From Verrucomicrobiota bacterium (GTDB taxonomy: Bacteria; Verrucomicrobiota; Verrucomicrobiia; Chthoniobacterales; UBA10450): a stretch of 24,000 bases of DNA. Shown here one piece after another: positions 1 to 9,691 of the stretch. The number at the start of each line of letters is the position of its first letter. Positions within the stretch are counted from its first letter, which is position 1. Below the pieces are notes generated by a model. The model was not told where the DNA came from. It saw nothing but the letters and a program-made list of their open reading frames with translations, and made no database searches. Where the stretch lies: NCBI GenBank assembly GCA_003219195.1, contig QHPX01000082.1, positions 6,340 through 30,339 of the forward strand, read 5' to 3'. Both the position numbers and the translations under genes were made by a program.

Positions 1-1518
1 CCCGGCACGGTCGGAACGGGTGACGATCCAGCGATAGGAATCGATAGCAACGGACGCGTTTATTTTGCTTTTTCCAACGCCGGCACTGCTGCGTCCGTCG
101 CTACATCCAGCGACTTCGGCGTTACCTGGCAAAACATCGTTAATGTAGGAGCAGTTTACGGAATAAACAACGCAGCGTTTCCAGCCGCAGTTGCCGGTGA
201 CGCCGGTCGCGCCGCTGTTGCTTACTATGGCGCGAACTCGGGGACGGGAGATTCGAATTCGGGGGCATTTACCGGCGTCTGGCATCTCTATGTGGCGCAC
301 ACATTCGATGGAGGATCGACATGGACGACCTCCGACGTGACACCGAGTTTGCCGATGCAGCGCAGCGGTATTTTAAGGGGCGGCGGCGCCGACATCGTTC
401 GGAACCTGCTCGACTTTTTCGACATCACGATTGATCGAGACGGTCGCGTTTTAGTGGGGTACGTGAACGGATGCTCAGGCGGCCCATGCGCGCAGGCAGC
501 GCCGACGGCACACGGCAACACATACAGCGCGACAGCGACAATCGCCCGGCAGTCCAGCGGCAGACGCATGCTTGCTGCCAAGGATCCTGCGAGCACCACG
601 TCCGTGCCCGGGATGCCATTCGTGACACAACGCAGAATCGGCCCTCTCGTCCACCTCGCATGGAATGAGGCCGATAACGGCAACTCGGCGATCAAGCGCT
701 ATCAGATATTGAGAGGAACGACGAGCGGCAGTGAGACTCTGCTGGCCAAGGTGTCGGGCAATCCGCCCGCGACGACTTATGACGACCTCACTGCGACTGA
801 CACGACCAAGACTTACTACTATAAGGTGATCGCGGTAAATGGCGTGGGATCATCATGCGGCAACGACGAAGTGGCGTCCCCATTCGTGGGCAGCCCGAGC
901 AGTGGAATGATTATCCACCAGAACGATCCGAGTCATCCGGAAGCCACCGGAGGAAGCGTGTCGCCGCCGCCCGCCCCTGAACTTCTGATTGACTATATTG
1001 CGGTCGGCGAGCCGACTGGAACGAGTAACCTGATGTTCACGATGAAAGTGGAGGATCTCTCCACTATACCGCCGAACAGCCGATGGAGGATCGCCTGGAA
1101 TTGGTGGACACCCACGAGTCAAATGTACTACATTGGAATGACGAGCGACCAGAACAGCGCGGTCACTTTCGAGTACGGCACGCTGGCGGACGCTGGCATT
1201 CCGGCCGTTCTCGTTCTCGGAGAGACGAAGGCTGGAGTGCCCGCTGGTAGTTTCAATACTGATGGCACAATTACGATGTTCGTGCCGAAGTCCGCTGTTG
1301 GAAATCCGCAGCCTGGAGATCTGATGGGCGCCATCGGTGGAAAGACAATCACCGGCGACACGCCAACCACGAATACTTTCGAGCGCTCGACCACGTTCGT
1401 GGACCACACCTTCATCAAAGGGCAAGCTGACAACTGCTATCCACCTGCGACATACACGGTGGCCGGCAATGGGCCGAGTCCAACGCCAACACCTACACCA
1501 AAGCCTCATAAAAAATGA
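1..1518 (+). CDS. Secreted BNR/sialidase-like repeat protein with fibronectin type III-like domain, C-terminal part (5' truncated by window edge)
   Basis: Frame 1 is open from base 1 (PGTVGTGDDPAIGIDSNGRVYFAFSNAGTAASVATSSDFGVTWQNI...), so the listed 292 start is an internal Met. It has BNR-type motifs (SSDFGVTWQN, TFDGGSTWTT) and an Fn3-like segment (IKRYQILRGTTSGSETLL...YYYKVIAVNGVGSS). It ends PTPTPTPKPHKK and is paralogous to the next ORF. Confidence 0.85.
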   Translation, partial: PGTVGTGDDPAIGIDSNGRVYFAFSNAGTAASVATSSDFGVTWQNIVNVGAVYGINNAAFPAAVAGDAGRAAVAYYGANSGTGDSNSGAFTGVWHLYVAHTFDGGSTWTTSDVTPSLPMQRSGILRGGGADIVRNLLDFFDITIDRDGRVLVGYVNGCSGGPCAQAAPTAHGNTYSATATIARQSSGRRMLAAKDPASTTSVPGMPFVTQRRIGPLVHLAWNEADNGNSAIKRYQILRGTTSGSETLLAKVSGNPPATTYDDLTATDTTKTYYYKVIAVNGVGSSCGNDEVASPFVGSPSSGMIIHQNDPSHPEATGGSVSPPPAPELLIDYIAVGEPTGTSNLMFTMKVEDLSTIPPNSRWRIAWNWWTPTSQMYYIGMTSDQNSAVTFEYGTLADAGIPAVLVLGETKAGVPAGSFNTDGTITMFVPKSAVGNPQPGDLMGAIGGKTITGDTPTTNTFERSTTFVDHTFIKGQADNCYPPATYTVAGNGPSPTPTPTPKPHKK

Positions 1519-1740
1519 CTGCTTCGAAACCTAAGCCAACTCACCGGCCGTACACTTAGCAGTGTGTCTCAGTTCAACCGACCAGATGTTTAAACAGCCT
1601 GCTTGAGAGTCGCAGGTCTTGATCGTCCGCGTAAGCTCGAGCTGAGTTTGCAACACGTATGCGGCCAGTTCTTTTCTGACTCTCGATTAAAGAATGAAGG
1701 CGGAATTACCGCCGTGAATCATCAATCGAAAGGATCTGCT

Positions 1741-4605
1741 ATGAAAAAAAGCTCCTCTTCAGTAACAGCTCGCGCCACCATCGGCACACTCCTTTTGCTG
1801 ACAGCCATTACCCTGGTTGTGTTCGCGCTCTTCGCAACCGGGCTACGCTCGGCGACGCCTAGCGCAGGTACACTTAACCCTGGCGGCCCGACCGTGAGTT
1901 GGGCGGGCACCGCGGCTGGCGGCGGTTCGCTGGACGAAAGCACATGCGTCGAAGGCGTAAACTGCGATACCTTCACCCTCACCTTATCCGGCACACCGAC
2001 TGATTGGACCGGCCTGAAAGCACGTATCGTCATTAGCTCTCCCGATCCTACGGGAGCTACCGATTACGATCTGTACGTGCACAAGGGCGACAACTCCGGA
2101 CCAGTGGTACCAGGCGGAATCTCGGCGAACAGCGGAACGCCCCCGGAAGTTGTCGATCTTGATCCGAGCGACCCCGCTATTGGCACCGGCCAGTTCTCTG
2201 TGCACGTGGTTTATTTTAGTGCCACTGCCGCCTTTCAGTATTCCGGCAGCGCCAGCGCAATATCTTCATCAACTGCGTCCGCACTAATTCCTACGGCGCC
2301 TCAGGATACAGGCCCGAAGATCGGGTTCCAGAACTTCAGCGCCCCGGGAACCTTGGTGCAAGTCGCATCGAGCAGCCAGGGACCTACAGCGCACACCGTG
2401 GAATACATGGGACATGACGCGGGCGAACCCTCCATTGGGAATCACTGGAGTACCGGCGTAACAAATTTTCAGTCGGACCTCCAAACGTTATTCATAAAGT
2501 TCGATGATACCTGCCCGTCAACCGGCCAGACTGCGACCTGGTATAACAGTGCGGCGCCGACATCTCTGTTCGTCGATTCTGACCCGATCGGCTTCACCGA
2601 TCGTCAAACCGGTCGGGTATTCGCAGGAGAGCTGACTCTGCTATCACCGACGTGCAAGGTGTCATTTACAGATACAGACGGTCTTGATGCATTGGGGCAA
2701 CCGGATCAAGCCGGTTGGACGCCGAGCGAGGGAAGCGGCATCCCGTCAAGTGTCGACCACGAAACAATCGGGGGTGGTCCGTATCACGCGCCGATTCCTG
2801 CACGTCCGCCGGGCACGATCTATCCCAACGCCGTCTATTATGCCTCCCAGTCGCTGGTCGTGCTCAATGTCCCGCAAGCGTCCAGGAGCGATGATGGTGG
2901 ACTGACATTTGGGCCATCCGTCTTGACAACGTCGGCCTGTGGCGGCCTGCACGGCCACATCAAGGTTGCACCGGACGGCACCGTCTTCATCCCGAACAAT
3001 AGCTGTAGTGGCGAGGGCGCTGTGTTGGTGTCGGAAGATAATGGGATCACATGGAGCATACGCACGGTGCCCGGCACTACCTCTAACCCCGCCCTACAAG
3101 ACCCGCAGGTTGGCATTGATAATAACGGCCGAGTCTATTTTGTAATGTCCAGTGCTACTAGCACTGGCTCTCAGGCAGTTGTCGCAACATCGGACGACCA
3201 TGGTGTGACGTGGAACAACGTCTTTGACGTGGGCGCGATTTATAAATTGCAAAACGTGTTTTATCCTGCAGCGGTGGCAGCCGACGCAGGCCGTGCCTCC
3301 GTCGCCTTCTACGGCTCAACGACAGGTGGAGACGGCTCGGCAAACAGTTTCAATGGTGTCTGGCATCTCTACGTTGCAAATACATTCGACGGAGGATTGC
3401 ACTGGACGACGACTGACGTAACTCCGAACGACCCGATGCAACGCGGTTGTATATGGGCGCATGGCGGTGCCGATATCTGCCGCAATCTGCTCGACTTCTT
3501 CGACATGACCGTTGACAGCGAGGGTCGCGTCGAAGTGGGGTACGTAGATGGGTGCGCCGATGGCACCTGCGCTCAGGCAGCGCTCACCGCAAAGGGCAAC
3601 GCCTACACGGCGAGAGGTGTAATCGCGCGACAGTCGAGCGGACGCCGGCTGATCGCAAGCTTCGATCCGCCGAAGCCGCTAAGCGCTAAGTCGGCACCCG
3701 GCATGCCGTCGGTCACAGAGCGACGCGTCAATTCAGTAGTCCACCTCGCATGGTCGGAGGCCGATACCGGCAATTCCACAATTAAAAAATATCAGATATT
3801 GAGAGGCACAGCGAGTGGCGCTGAGACTCTGCTGACGACCGTTTCGGGAAGTCAAACAACTTATGACGACCTGACCGCCACCACTATTGGCACGACTTAC
3901 TATTACAAAGTGCAGGCGGTTAATAGCGTCGGCGCATCATGCGCTAACAATGAGATCGCCGCGCCCTACGTGGGTGACACATGCAGTGGCTTGATTGTCC
4001 AGCAAACTCCGACGGGACATCCGGAACAGACGGCGCAAGGGCAAGCTCCTGCCTCGCTTGCCATCGACTACATCGCAGTCGGTGAGCCGCCCGGAACAAG
4101 CAACCTCATGTTCAAGATGAAAGTAACGAGCCTCAGCTCACTGCCGACCAGCAGCCGCTGGAGGATGGTCTGGAACTCGTACGCGTCGCCAGGCGAACAG
4201 TTCTACGTTGGCATGAGAACGGATCAGAACGGAGCTGTCACCTTTGAGTATGGGACTGTCGCCACCGCCGTCGTCGGTCTGGTGATTGGCGTCCCGACAG
4301 AAACTCCAATCGGAGCCTTGCCCGGAAGCAGCTTTAACGCTGACGGAACGATCACGCTCATCGTCTCCAAATCCGCCGTCGGCAATCCACAGCCCGGTGA
4401 TCTGCTCGGAGCCGTTAACGGAAGGACGTTCACCGGCGATACCAGCGAGACTCAAAACTTGGAGCGTTCGACCCTGCTGGTAGACCATACGTTCGTTAAA
4501 GCGCAGAGGGACAATGGCCATCCGGCGGCCACATACATGTTGGTCGGCAATGTCGCTTGTGGAGGGGCTACTCCTACACCCACACCAAAGCCTCATAAGA
4601 AATAA
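1741..4605 (+). CDS. Large secreted BNR/sialidase-like repeat protein with Fn3-like domain and Thr-Pro tail
   Basis: The ORF extends to 1603, but ATG 1741 has a purine-rich site (aaagga) upstream and begins a signal peptide, MKKSSSSVTARATIGTLLLLTAITLVVFALFATG. It contains BNR-like motifs (SEDNGITWSI, TSDDHGVTWNN, TFDGGLHWTT) and an Fn3-like domain, with C-terminus TPTPTPKPHKK. Confidence 0.88.
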   Translation: MKKSSSSVTARATIGTLLLLTAITLVVFALFATGLRSATPSAGTLNPGGPTVSWAGTAAGGGSLDESTCVEGVNCDTFTLTLSGTPTDWTGLKARIVISSPDPTGATDYDLYVHKGDNSGPVVPGGISANSGTPPEVVDLDPSDPAIGTGQFSVHVVYFSATAAFQYSGSASAISSSTASALIPTAPQDTGPKIGFQNFSAPGTLVQVASSSQGPTAHTVEYMGHDAGEPSIGNHWSTGVTNFQSDLQTLFIKFDDTCPSTGQTATWYNSAAPTSLFVDSDPIGFTDRQTGRVFAGELTLLSPTCKVSFTDTDGLDALGQPDQAGWTPSEGSGIPSSVDHETIGGGPYHAPIPARPPGTIYPNAVYYASQSLVVLNVPQASRSDDGGLTFGPSVLTTSACGGLHGHIKVAPDGTVFIPNNSCSGEGAVLVSEDNGITWSIRTVPGTTSNPALQDPQVGIDNNGRVYFVMSSATSTGSQAVVATSDDHGVTWNNVFDVGAIYKLQNVFYPAAVAADAGRASVAFYGSTTGGDGSANSFNGVWHLYVANTFDGGLHWTTTDVTPNDPMQRGCIWAHGGADICRNLLDFFDMTVDSEGRVEVGYVDGCADGTCAQAALTAKGNAYTARGVIARQSSGRRLIASFDPPKPLSAKSAPGMPSVTERRVNSVVHLAWSEADTGNSTIKKYQILRGTASGAETLLTTVSGSQTTYDDLTATTIGTTYYYKVQAVNSVGASCANNEIAAPYVGDTCSGLIVQQTPTGHPEQTAQGQAPASLAIDYIAVGEPPGTSNLMFKMKVTSLSSLPTSSRWRMVWNSYASPGEQFYVGMRTDQNGAVTFEYGTVATAVVGLVIGVPTETPIGALPGSSFNADGTITLIVSKSAVGNPQPGDLLGAVNGRTFTGDTSETQNLERSTLLVDHTFVKAQRDNGHPAATYMLVGNVACGGATPTPTPKPHKK

Positions 4606-4927
4606 CTACTCCAAAGCCTAAGCCAACTCACCCTCCACATCCTTAACCGTTTCTTATCTAAAACGGCTGGCGATTAAACAGCGCGCTGAAACGTTGCTGC
4701 TGTTGTTCTGGCACCTCAACAGCGATCTTGTGATGTTGTTGTGTGTTCCCGGGGACTAATTTTTCTTTTCAAAAGCTGAGCGACCTTCTCGTACAGATAC
4801 TTTTTCGCGATTCGCGGAAGTAATTGTCGATCTCAACTTTCGTCGGGATCGCCGAAAAATCCTTCCCCGAGAGGCGTCCAACCGAGCCCGGGTTCTTCGA
4901 TTCCTCATACGTAACACAGGAGATCTC

Positions 4928-7900
4928 ATGAAAAAAAATCCTGCTTCGCAGTCCGGCCTTTTCAATCCCCGCGTCTTGTTAGCTTTTTGCCTTTGTTCAG
5001 TTGGCGGCTTGCTAGCTATGCTCAGCTTTGCGTCAACACCGTCGAGCGGAACGCTGACCGACACGTCCGGCCCCGTGACTTACACGGCCGGGCCATTTTT
5101 CGTAGCGAATCCCACTCCGGTGATCGAGGTTGACAGTGGCCCGGAATGCAACGGTTCGCTTCAGCCTTGCGACGATTACGCGTTGACGGTGACTCTGCCG
5201 TCTGGTTATGCCGCCGCGCATCCAAACGCCGCGATCAAGGCCACCATGAGCTGGACCGATAACGGCAGCGGCGCCTCGGACTACGACCTTTACATCTACA
5301 AAAATCCCCGCGGCGATTGCAGCCCCCAAGATTGCACGACCACAGACGGTTCCGAGGCGGCTGATTACCAATCGGCGAGCAGCGCTAACCCTGAGATCGC
5401 AACCATCAGCCCGCTGGCCGATGGCACTCAGAAGTACACCGTGGTGGTCGTGCCGTTCACACCGACTGGCGAAAGCGTCCATGTGACAATCGAATTACTG
5501 CCGGGTTCCGGGAGCGGGGGCGGCGGCACCGGCTTCGGAGGGCCCGATCCAACCACCCCGGGCGTTCCGCGCTACCAGAATTTTTATGCGCCCGCCAGTA
5601 GCTCTGCCGAAACCAGTAACGGCGAGTTCAACATTGGATTCAATCCTCACACCGGCCGAATCATGACGATGAATATCGGCCCGATCTGGCGCCTGACTCC
5701 GCCGGAGCGTTTGTCGCAAGCGCAGCCCGAGTGCTGCGAGGCGCTCTGGGAAGACAAAACCAATCTCACCACCATAACAGGTCTTGATCCAATCCTATTT
5801 ACCGATCAGAAGACCGGCCGCACTTTTGCCTCCAATTCCACTGTTGGCGCTAACGCTGTTTACGGATACAGCGACAATGACGGAGATCTATGGGTGCCGC
5901 TAGCTGCTTCACCGGCCAGCGGCGGCACCGATCATGAAACCATAGGCAGCGGTCCGTATCCCCCTGCGTTGAGCGCACTCTCAAACGCAGTCAATCAGGG
6001 GGAGGCAGTGTACTACTGCTCTCAATCATTCCCTCTCGGTCCCGCCACCTGCCAACGTAGCGATACCTTAGGTGCCAGTTATGGCCCGGGCGTACTGGCA
6101 TATGAAGGCAACGGTATCACGCAGTGCAGCGGTTTGCACGGCCATGTTCATGTCGCGCCGGATGGCACAGTCTGGCTGCCGGTCAATCAGTGCGGCGGCA
6201 AGCAGGGCGGCGCGCTGAGTACAGACGCAGGCACAACTTGGCAGGAGTTCATCGTCACGGGCAGCATCTCGCAGACCCAAGGCGCCGATCCTTCGATCGC
6301 GATCGACTCTGATAGCACCGTTTACTACGCCTATGTCAACAATGAGCCGGTCGCCGCGGGGAATCCGCCTGAAGGTCACGCGCGCGTCAAGGTAGGTCAC
6401 CGCAATCCAGATAACAGTGTCACCTGGACTAATGACTTCGACATCGGCGCATCTCACGGCATCGTGAACGCAGCGGAGATCGAGGCCGTAGGCGGCAGCT
6501 CCGGCCGTGCCGCGGTCGGCTTCCTTGGCACCAATGTCGCGGGCGATTACCAGGCGATAAGTTTCCCGGGCAAATGGTACGCCTTCATCGCCACCACTTC
6601 TGACGGTGGCCAAACCTGGACGACGGTCAACGCGACTCCGAATGATCCTGTTCAAAGCATGACCGGTGTCTGGCAGCAAGGGGGCAACCATCAAGACCGC
6701 AATCTTCTTGACTTCAATGAAATCACCGTGGACGACAAAGGTCGAGTGCTCTACGGCTACAGCGACGGCTGCGTGACGGAAGGCTGTATCGCCGGCACCG
6801 CGCCCAACGATTTTGTTGCCTTCATGCGCGTTGCACGTCAGTCCGGAGGCAAGAGTTTGTTCGCAAGTTTTGACACTGCGGAACCCGTAGCGCCGAAACC
6901 TCCTTGCCTCTCCGGCACACGCGATCCCTCCGCTTCCCATCTCACTTGGAAGGCCCCGGACAACGGCGGCTCTGACGTTGGTAACTACCAGATCTTGCGC
7001 GGAACATCGCCGGGTGCGGAGGCGCTGCTAGGCCAGACCGACAAAACCACCTTCGACGACACCACCGCCGATCCCGCTGTGTCACACTATTATTATGTGG
7101 TTAAGGCGATCAATGCCATCGGCACTAGTAGTTCGAGCAACGAAGTGGACCTAACAGTGGTCGTACCGCCGCCGCCAGAAAATGTCTGCGCGCTGCCTGG
7201 CCTGACCAAGCTCACGGACCCCGCTGGTGACACGTACATTTTAATCAACTTTGGGGTGCCTACTCCGGCCCCACCAGGTGCGGACCTGCTTTCCTTCCAA
7301 ATCGCTCAGCCTTATGCCGAGGACAATGTCATCAGGCTGGCGTTCACCATTAACACCGACAACGGCCAGTCGCCCCAGCCCCTGGGTACGTCCTGGTATG
7401 TCGCAATGAAGATACCTGACCCCGCCCCGGCAACGACTTTCCATTACCGTGCCGTGCACATGACTTGGAACGGCACCACGCCGACCTTCGAGTCCTATAC
7501 GCCGGCCCCCAACGGCAGCGGGGGAGTTGATGGCCGCTTTGTAACTGCCGGCAGTCAGAAGCCGGCCGAGCCGAGCAGTGGTTACGCCCCGCCATTTAAC
7601 AAGGTCGTCATTGTGGTCAAGGCGAGTGACCTTGGCTTGAACCCCGGCGACACCATCAGCGGCTTCGTTTCAGCAGTGTCGCAGACTGCGGGCGGTGTAA
7701 TCACGGGGTTGTATGATGACATGCCCGACAGTCTCGCCTTTACTGGCACCTACACCGTGAACAGCAACCAGTTCTGCAGGCCAAACGCTGCGCCGACAGC
7801 GGTGTTAACGGCAACGCCTACCTCGGGCACTGCGCCATTGACCGTGAACTTCGACGGCTCAGGTTCATACGATCCGGATACTGCGCCGCCGCCAGACACC

Positions 7901-8176
7901 ATCGCCTCCTATACCTTCAGCTTCGGCGATGGCTCATCTGCGGTCACACAATCCACGCCGACTATTTCACACATCTACAATGCGGCAGGTAATTATCCTG
8001 CACAACTCACCGTCACTGATTCCCGTGGACTACAAAGCACAAACACCGCACAGGTCGTGATCTCGGTCGCTCCAGCTAAGAAAGGCCATGGAAAGCCGAC
8101 CCCCACACCGACGCCAACTCCAACTGCAACGCCAAGTCCAACTCCCACGCCTACACCGAAGCCTCATAAAAAATGA
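4928..8176 (+). CDS. Large secreted BNR/sialidase-like repeat protein with Fn3-like and PKD domains and Thr-Pro tail
   Basis: Signal peptide MKKNPASQSGLFNPRVLLAFCLCSVGGLLAMLSFA with SD-like aggag upstream. BNR motifs are STDAGTTWQEF and TSDGGQTWTT. Fn3-like segment is NYQILRGTSPGAEALL...YYYVVKAINAIGTSS. PKD signature is ANAAPTAVLTATPTSGTAPLTVNFDGSGSYDPD...YTFSFGDGS...HIYNAAGNYPAQLTVTD. Ends PTPTPTPKPHKK. Confidence 0.9.
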   Translation: MKKNPASQSGLFNPRVLLAFCLCSVGGLLAMLSFASTPSSGTLTDTSGPVTYTAGPFFVANPTPVIEVDSGPECNGSLQPCDDYALTVTLPSGYAAAHPNAAIKATMSWTDNGSGASDYDLYIYKNPRGDCSPQDCTTTDGSEAADYQSASSANPEIATISPLADGTQKYTVVVVPFTPTGESVHVTIELLPGSGSGGGGTGFGGPDPTTPGVPRYQNFYAPASSSAETSNGEFNIGFNPHTGRIMTMNIGPIWRLTPPERLSQAQPECCEALWEDKTNLTTITGLDPILFTDQKTGRTFASNSTVGANAVYGYSDNDGDLWVPLAASPASGGTDHETIGSGPYPPALSALSNAVNQGEAVYYCSQSFPLGPATCQRSDTLGASYGPGVLAYEGNGITQCSGLHGHVHVAPDGTVWLPVNQCGGKQGGALSTDAGTTWQEFIVTGSISQTQGADPSIAIDSDSTVYYAYVNNEPVAAGNPPEGHARVKVGHRNPDNSVTWTNDFDIGASHGIVNAAEIEAVGGSSGRAAVGFLGTNVAGDYQAISFPGKWYAFIATTSDGGQTWTTVNATPNDPVQSMTGVWQQGGNHQDRNLLDFNEITVDDKGRVLYGYSDGCVTEGCIAGTAPNDFVAFMRVARQSGGKSLFASFDTAEPVAPKPPCLSGTRDPSASHLTWKAPDNGGSDVGNYQILRGTSPGAEALLGQTDKTTFDDTTADPAVSHYYYVVKAINAIGTSSSSNEVDLTVVVPPPPENVCALPGLTKLTDPAGDTYILINFGVPTPAPPGADLLSFQIAQPYAEDNVIRLAFTINTDNGQSPQPLGTSWYVAMKIPDPAPATTFHYRAVHMTWNGTTPTFESYTPAPNGSGGVDGRFVTAGSQKPAEPSSGYAPPFNKVVIVVKASDLGLNPGDTISGFVSAVSQTAGGVITGLYDDMPDSLAFTGTYTVNSNQFCRPNAAPTAVLTATPTSGTAPLTVNFDGSGSYDPDTAPPPDTIASYTFSFGDGSSAVTQSTPTISHIYNAAGNYPAQLTVTDSRGLQSTNTAQVVISVAPAKKGHGKPTPTPTPTPTATPSPTPTPTPKPHKK
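8091..8163 (+). repeat. Degenerate Thr-Pro codon repeat encoding the PTPTPTPTPTATPSPTPTPTP tail
   Basis: Repeated aCNccN units; shorter versions end the two upstream paralogs. Confidence 0.75.
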
Positions 8177-8332
8177 CTGCTCCGGTGCCAAAGCCCAAGC
8201 CAACTCATCGGCCACACTTTTAGAACTGGCACCGTAACCATTGTCCGCTTCTAACCGCGGCTGTATGAGGCACGTCGGGGCGGCGACATGATCTTGCTTG
8301 CCTTGTTCTCTCGCGCCCAATAAAAGGCAGCG

Positions 8333-9334
8333 ATGCAATTCTCGCGAATGATTGGAGCAGCAGTTCTTTTGGTTCTCGTATCAGGTGCGCTCGTCTCGAC
8401 GAAGCTCTCCCGTGCACAGTCTGCGGCCGCAGAGCAAATCGTTGTGACCGGAGAGGAAGTGCCCAGCGCTTACGGTGCGCCGCCGGGGATTTCGCGCAGC
8501 CGCTTTTCACCGCTTACCAATGCGTATGTGTTGCCGCCGGGCGCAGTCTACGGCGGTTTGCTCTATGAAGGAGACGCGTTTCGGCATGGACCGCCCGATC
8601 ATCTCTTCATCGAAGAGGTCGAAATCGGATTACCGCATCGTTTCGGACTTGCCTTCGAAATCAGCCAGGAGCGTTTCAACGGCGACTTCCAAAACAAGAG
8701 CTTCAGCGTTGAAGCGCGTTACGCACTTGCCGACTGGAACAAAATTCCGCTGAATCCGACGCTATTCGCCGAATACAAATTCGGCACCGGGCGTATTCTT
8801 CACGAGGAACGCCCGCCGGAACAAGACATGGCCGAAGAAGAAGCGAGTCGCCAAGCGCATCTAAACCTCGAAGACATGAGCAATGAAGGTGACCTGAGCG
8901 CGGAAGGAAAACCCAAAATGCCCGATGCATATGAGTTCAGGCTTTTGCTTGCTGAAGACTTCGGCGAGCGGATCGAGTGGGCAATGAACTGGTTCTTCGA
9001 GCAAGAAATCGGTTTTGATCGCGGCCGCGAGTGGGGCTTTGCCCAAAGCGCGGTGATTCCGATTTTGCTCGAGCACGAACGTCTCAAAGCCGGCGTCGAA
9101 ATGCAGTACCGGAATTTCACTGACAAGGACACGCGCGGCGATCCACTCCACAGCTTCGTTGTCGGCCCGACCATCGCCTGGAAACCGACGCACAATACCC
9201 GCGTTGACGTTTCCCCGCTCTTCGGATGCACCGACGATGCGCCCCGCGCGCAAGTCTTCGTTGTCTTCTCGATGTTATTTGGGCCGGGCGGCGAAACCGG
9301 AGCCGAAGCGCCCGCTTCAACGCGTAATCGCTAG
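8333..9334 (+). CDS. Probable outer-membrane beta-barrel-like / exported protein of unknown function
   Basis: Intact 333-aa ORF with signal peptide (MQFSRMIGAAVLLVLVSGALVSTKLSRAQSA) and alternating beta-rich segments. It follows purine-rich aaaaggcagcg. Specific family not recognised. Confidence 0.75.
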   Translation: MQFSRMIGAAVLLVLVSGALVSTKLSRAQSAAAEQIVVTGEEVPSAYGAPPGISRSRFSPLTNAYVLPPGAVYGGLLYEGDAFRHGPPDHLFIEEVEIGLPHRFGLAFEISQERFNGDFQNKSFSVEARYALADWNKIPLNPTLFAEYKFGTGRILHEERPPEQDMAEEEASRQAHLNLEDMSNEGDLSAEGKPKMPDAYEFRLLLAEDFGERIEWAMNWFFEQEIGFDRGREWGFAQSAVIPILLEHERLKAGVEMQYRNFTDKDTRGDPLHSFVVGPTIAWKPTHNTRVDVSPLFGCTDDAPRAQVFVVFSMLFGPGGETGAEAPASTRNR

Positions 9335-9454
9335 AATATTTTTCTGCCGCGGCCGTCTATGACCAGCGGAATAATGCGACGCTCCTGGAGCGCCGCTCCA
9401 AGGCTTGACCGCTTCTCTTCGCCTCCGTAGCCTTTTTTCAGAAAGGAGCACGAG

Positions 9455-9691
9455 GTGAAAACCGAGATATCGATCGAATACTGCGTGGTTTGAAACTACA
9501 CACCCAAGGCCGTCAGTTTGGCGGCCAAAATTCTCGAACTCGGCGAGCGTATCAAGTCGCTTACTCTCGTTCCTTCGAGCGGCGGAGCATTCGAAATTCG
9601 CGCCAATGGAAAACTTCTCCATTCCAAACTCGATTCCGGCGATTGGCCGGACTTCGATGCCATTGTGCGCGACATCAAGAAACTCAAGTAA
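9455..9691 (+). CDS. SelW/Rdx-family-like selenoprotein, Sec encoded by in-frame TGA at 9491-9493 (CVVU redox motif)
   Basis: Translation from GTG 9455: VKTEISIEYCVVUNYTPKAVSLAAKILELGERIKSLTLVPSSGGAFEIRANGKLLHSKLDSGDWPDFDAIVRDIKKLK*. This matches the Rdx/SelW fold layout: beta strand, CxxU, helix, SGGxFEI, xGKxLHSK, WPD. SD aaggag lies at 9442-9447. A hairpin follows the TGA, and the Sec machinery is immediately downstream. Confidence 0.92.
9508..9526 (+). promoter_or_regulatory. Candidate bacterial SECIS element for the SelW-like selenoprotein
   Basis: GGCCGTC-AGTTT-GGCGGCC: 7-bp stem (one G.U) with a 5-nt apical loop. The stem starts 15 nt and the loop 22 nt after the last base of the TGA. 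Confidence 0.7.

Noticed and set aside
1699-1713. Small hairpin GGCGG-AATTA-CCGCC upstream of the second paralog
   Set aside because: Only 5 bp, followed by no T tract and not repeated upstream of the third paralog; too weak to call regulatory.
6068-6940. Minus-strand 290-aa ORF opposite the PKD-containing paralog
   Set aside because: Long but lies antisense to a clear BNR/PKD coding region, with no signal or domain recognised.
9491-9493. In-frame TGA as a nonsense mutation (pseudogene) or Trp reassignment
   Set aside because: It sits at a CxxU redox position with a downstream hairpin, and a full Sec machinery follows. TGA is also used as a normal stop elsewhere (e.g. 1518, 8176, 17412) and TGG encodes Trp, so reassignment is unlikely.
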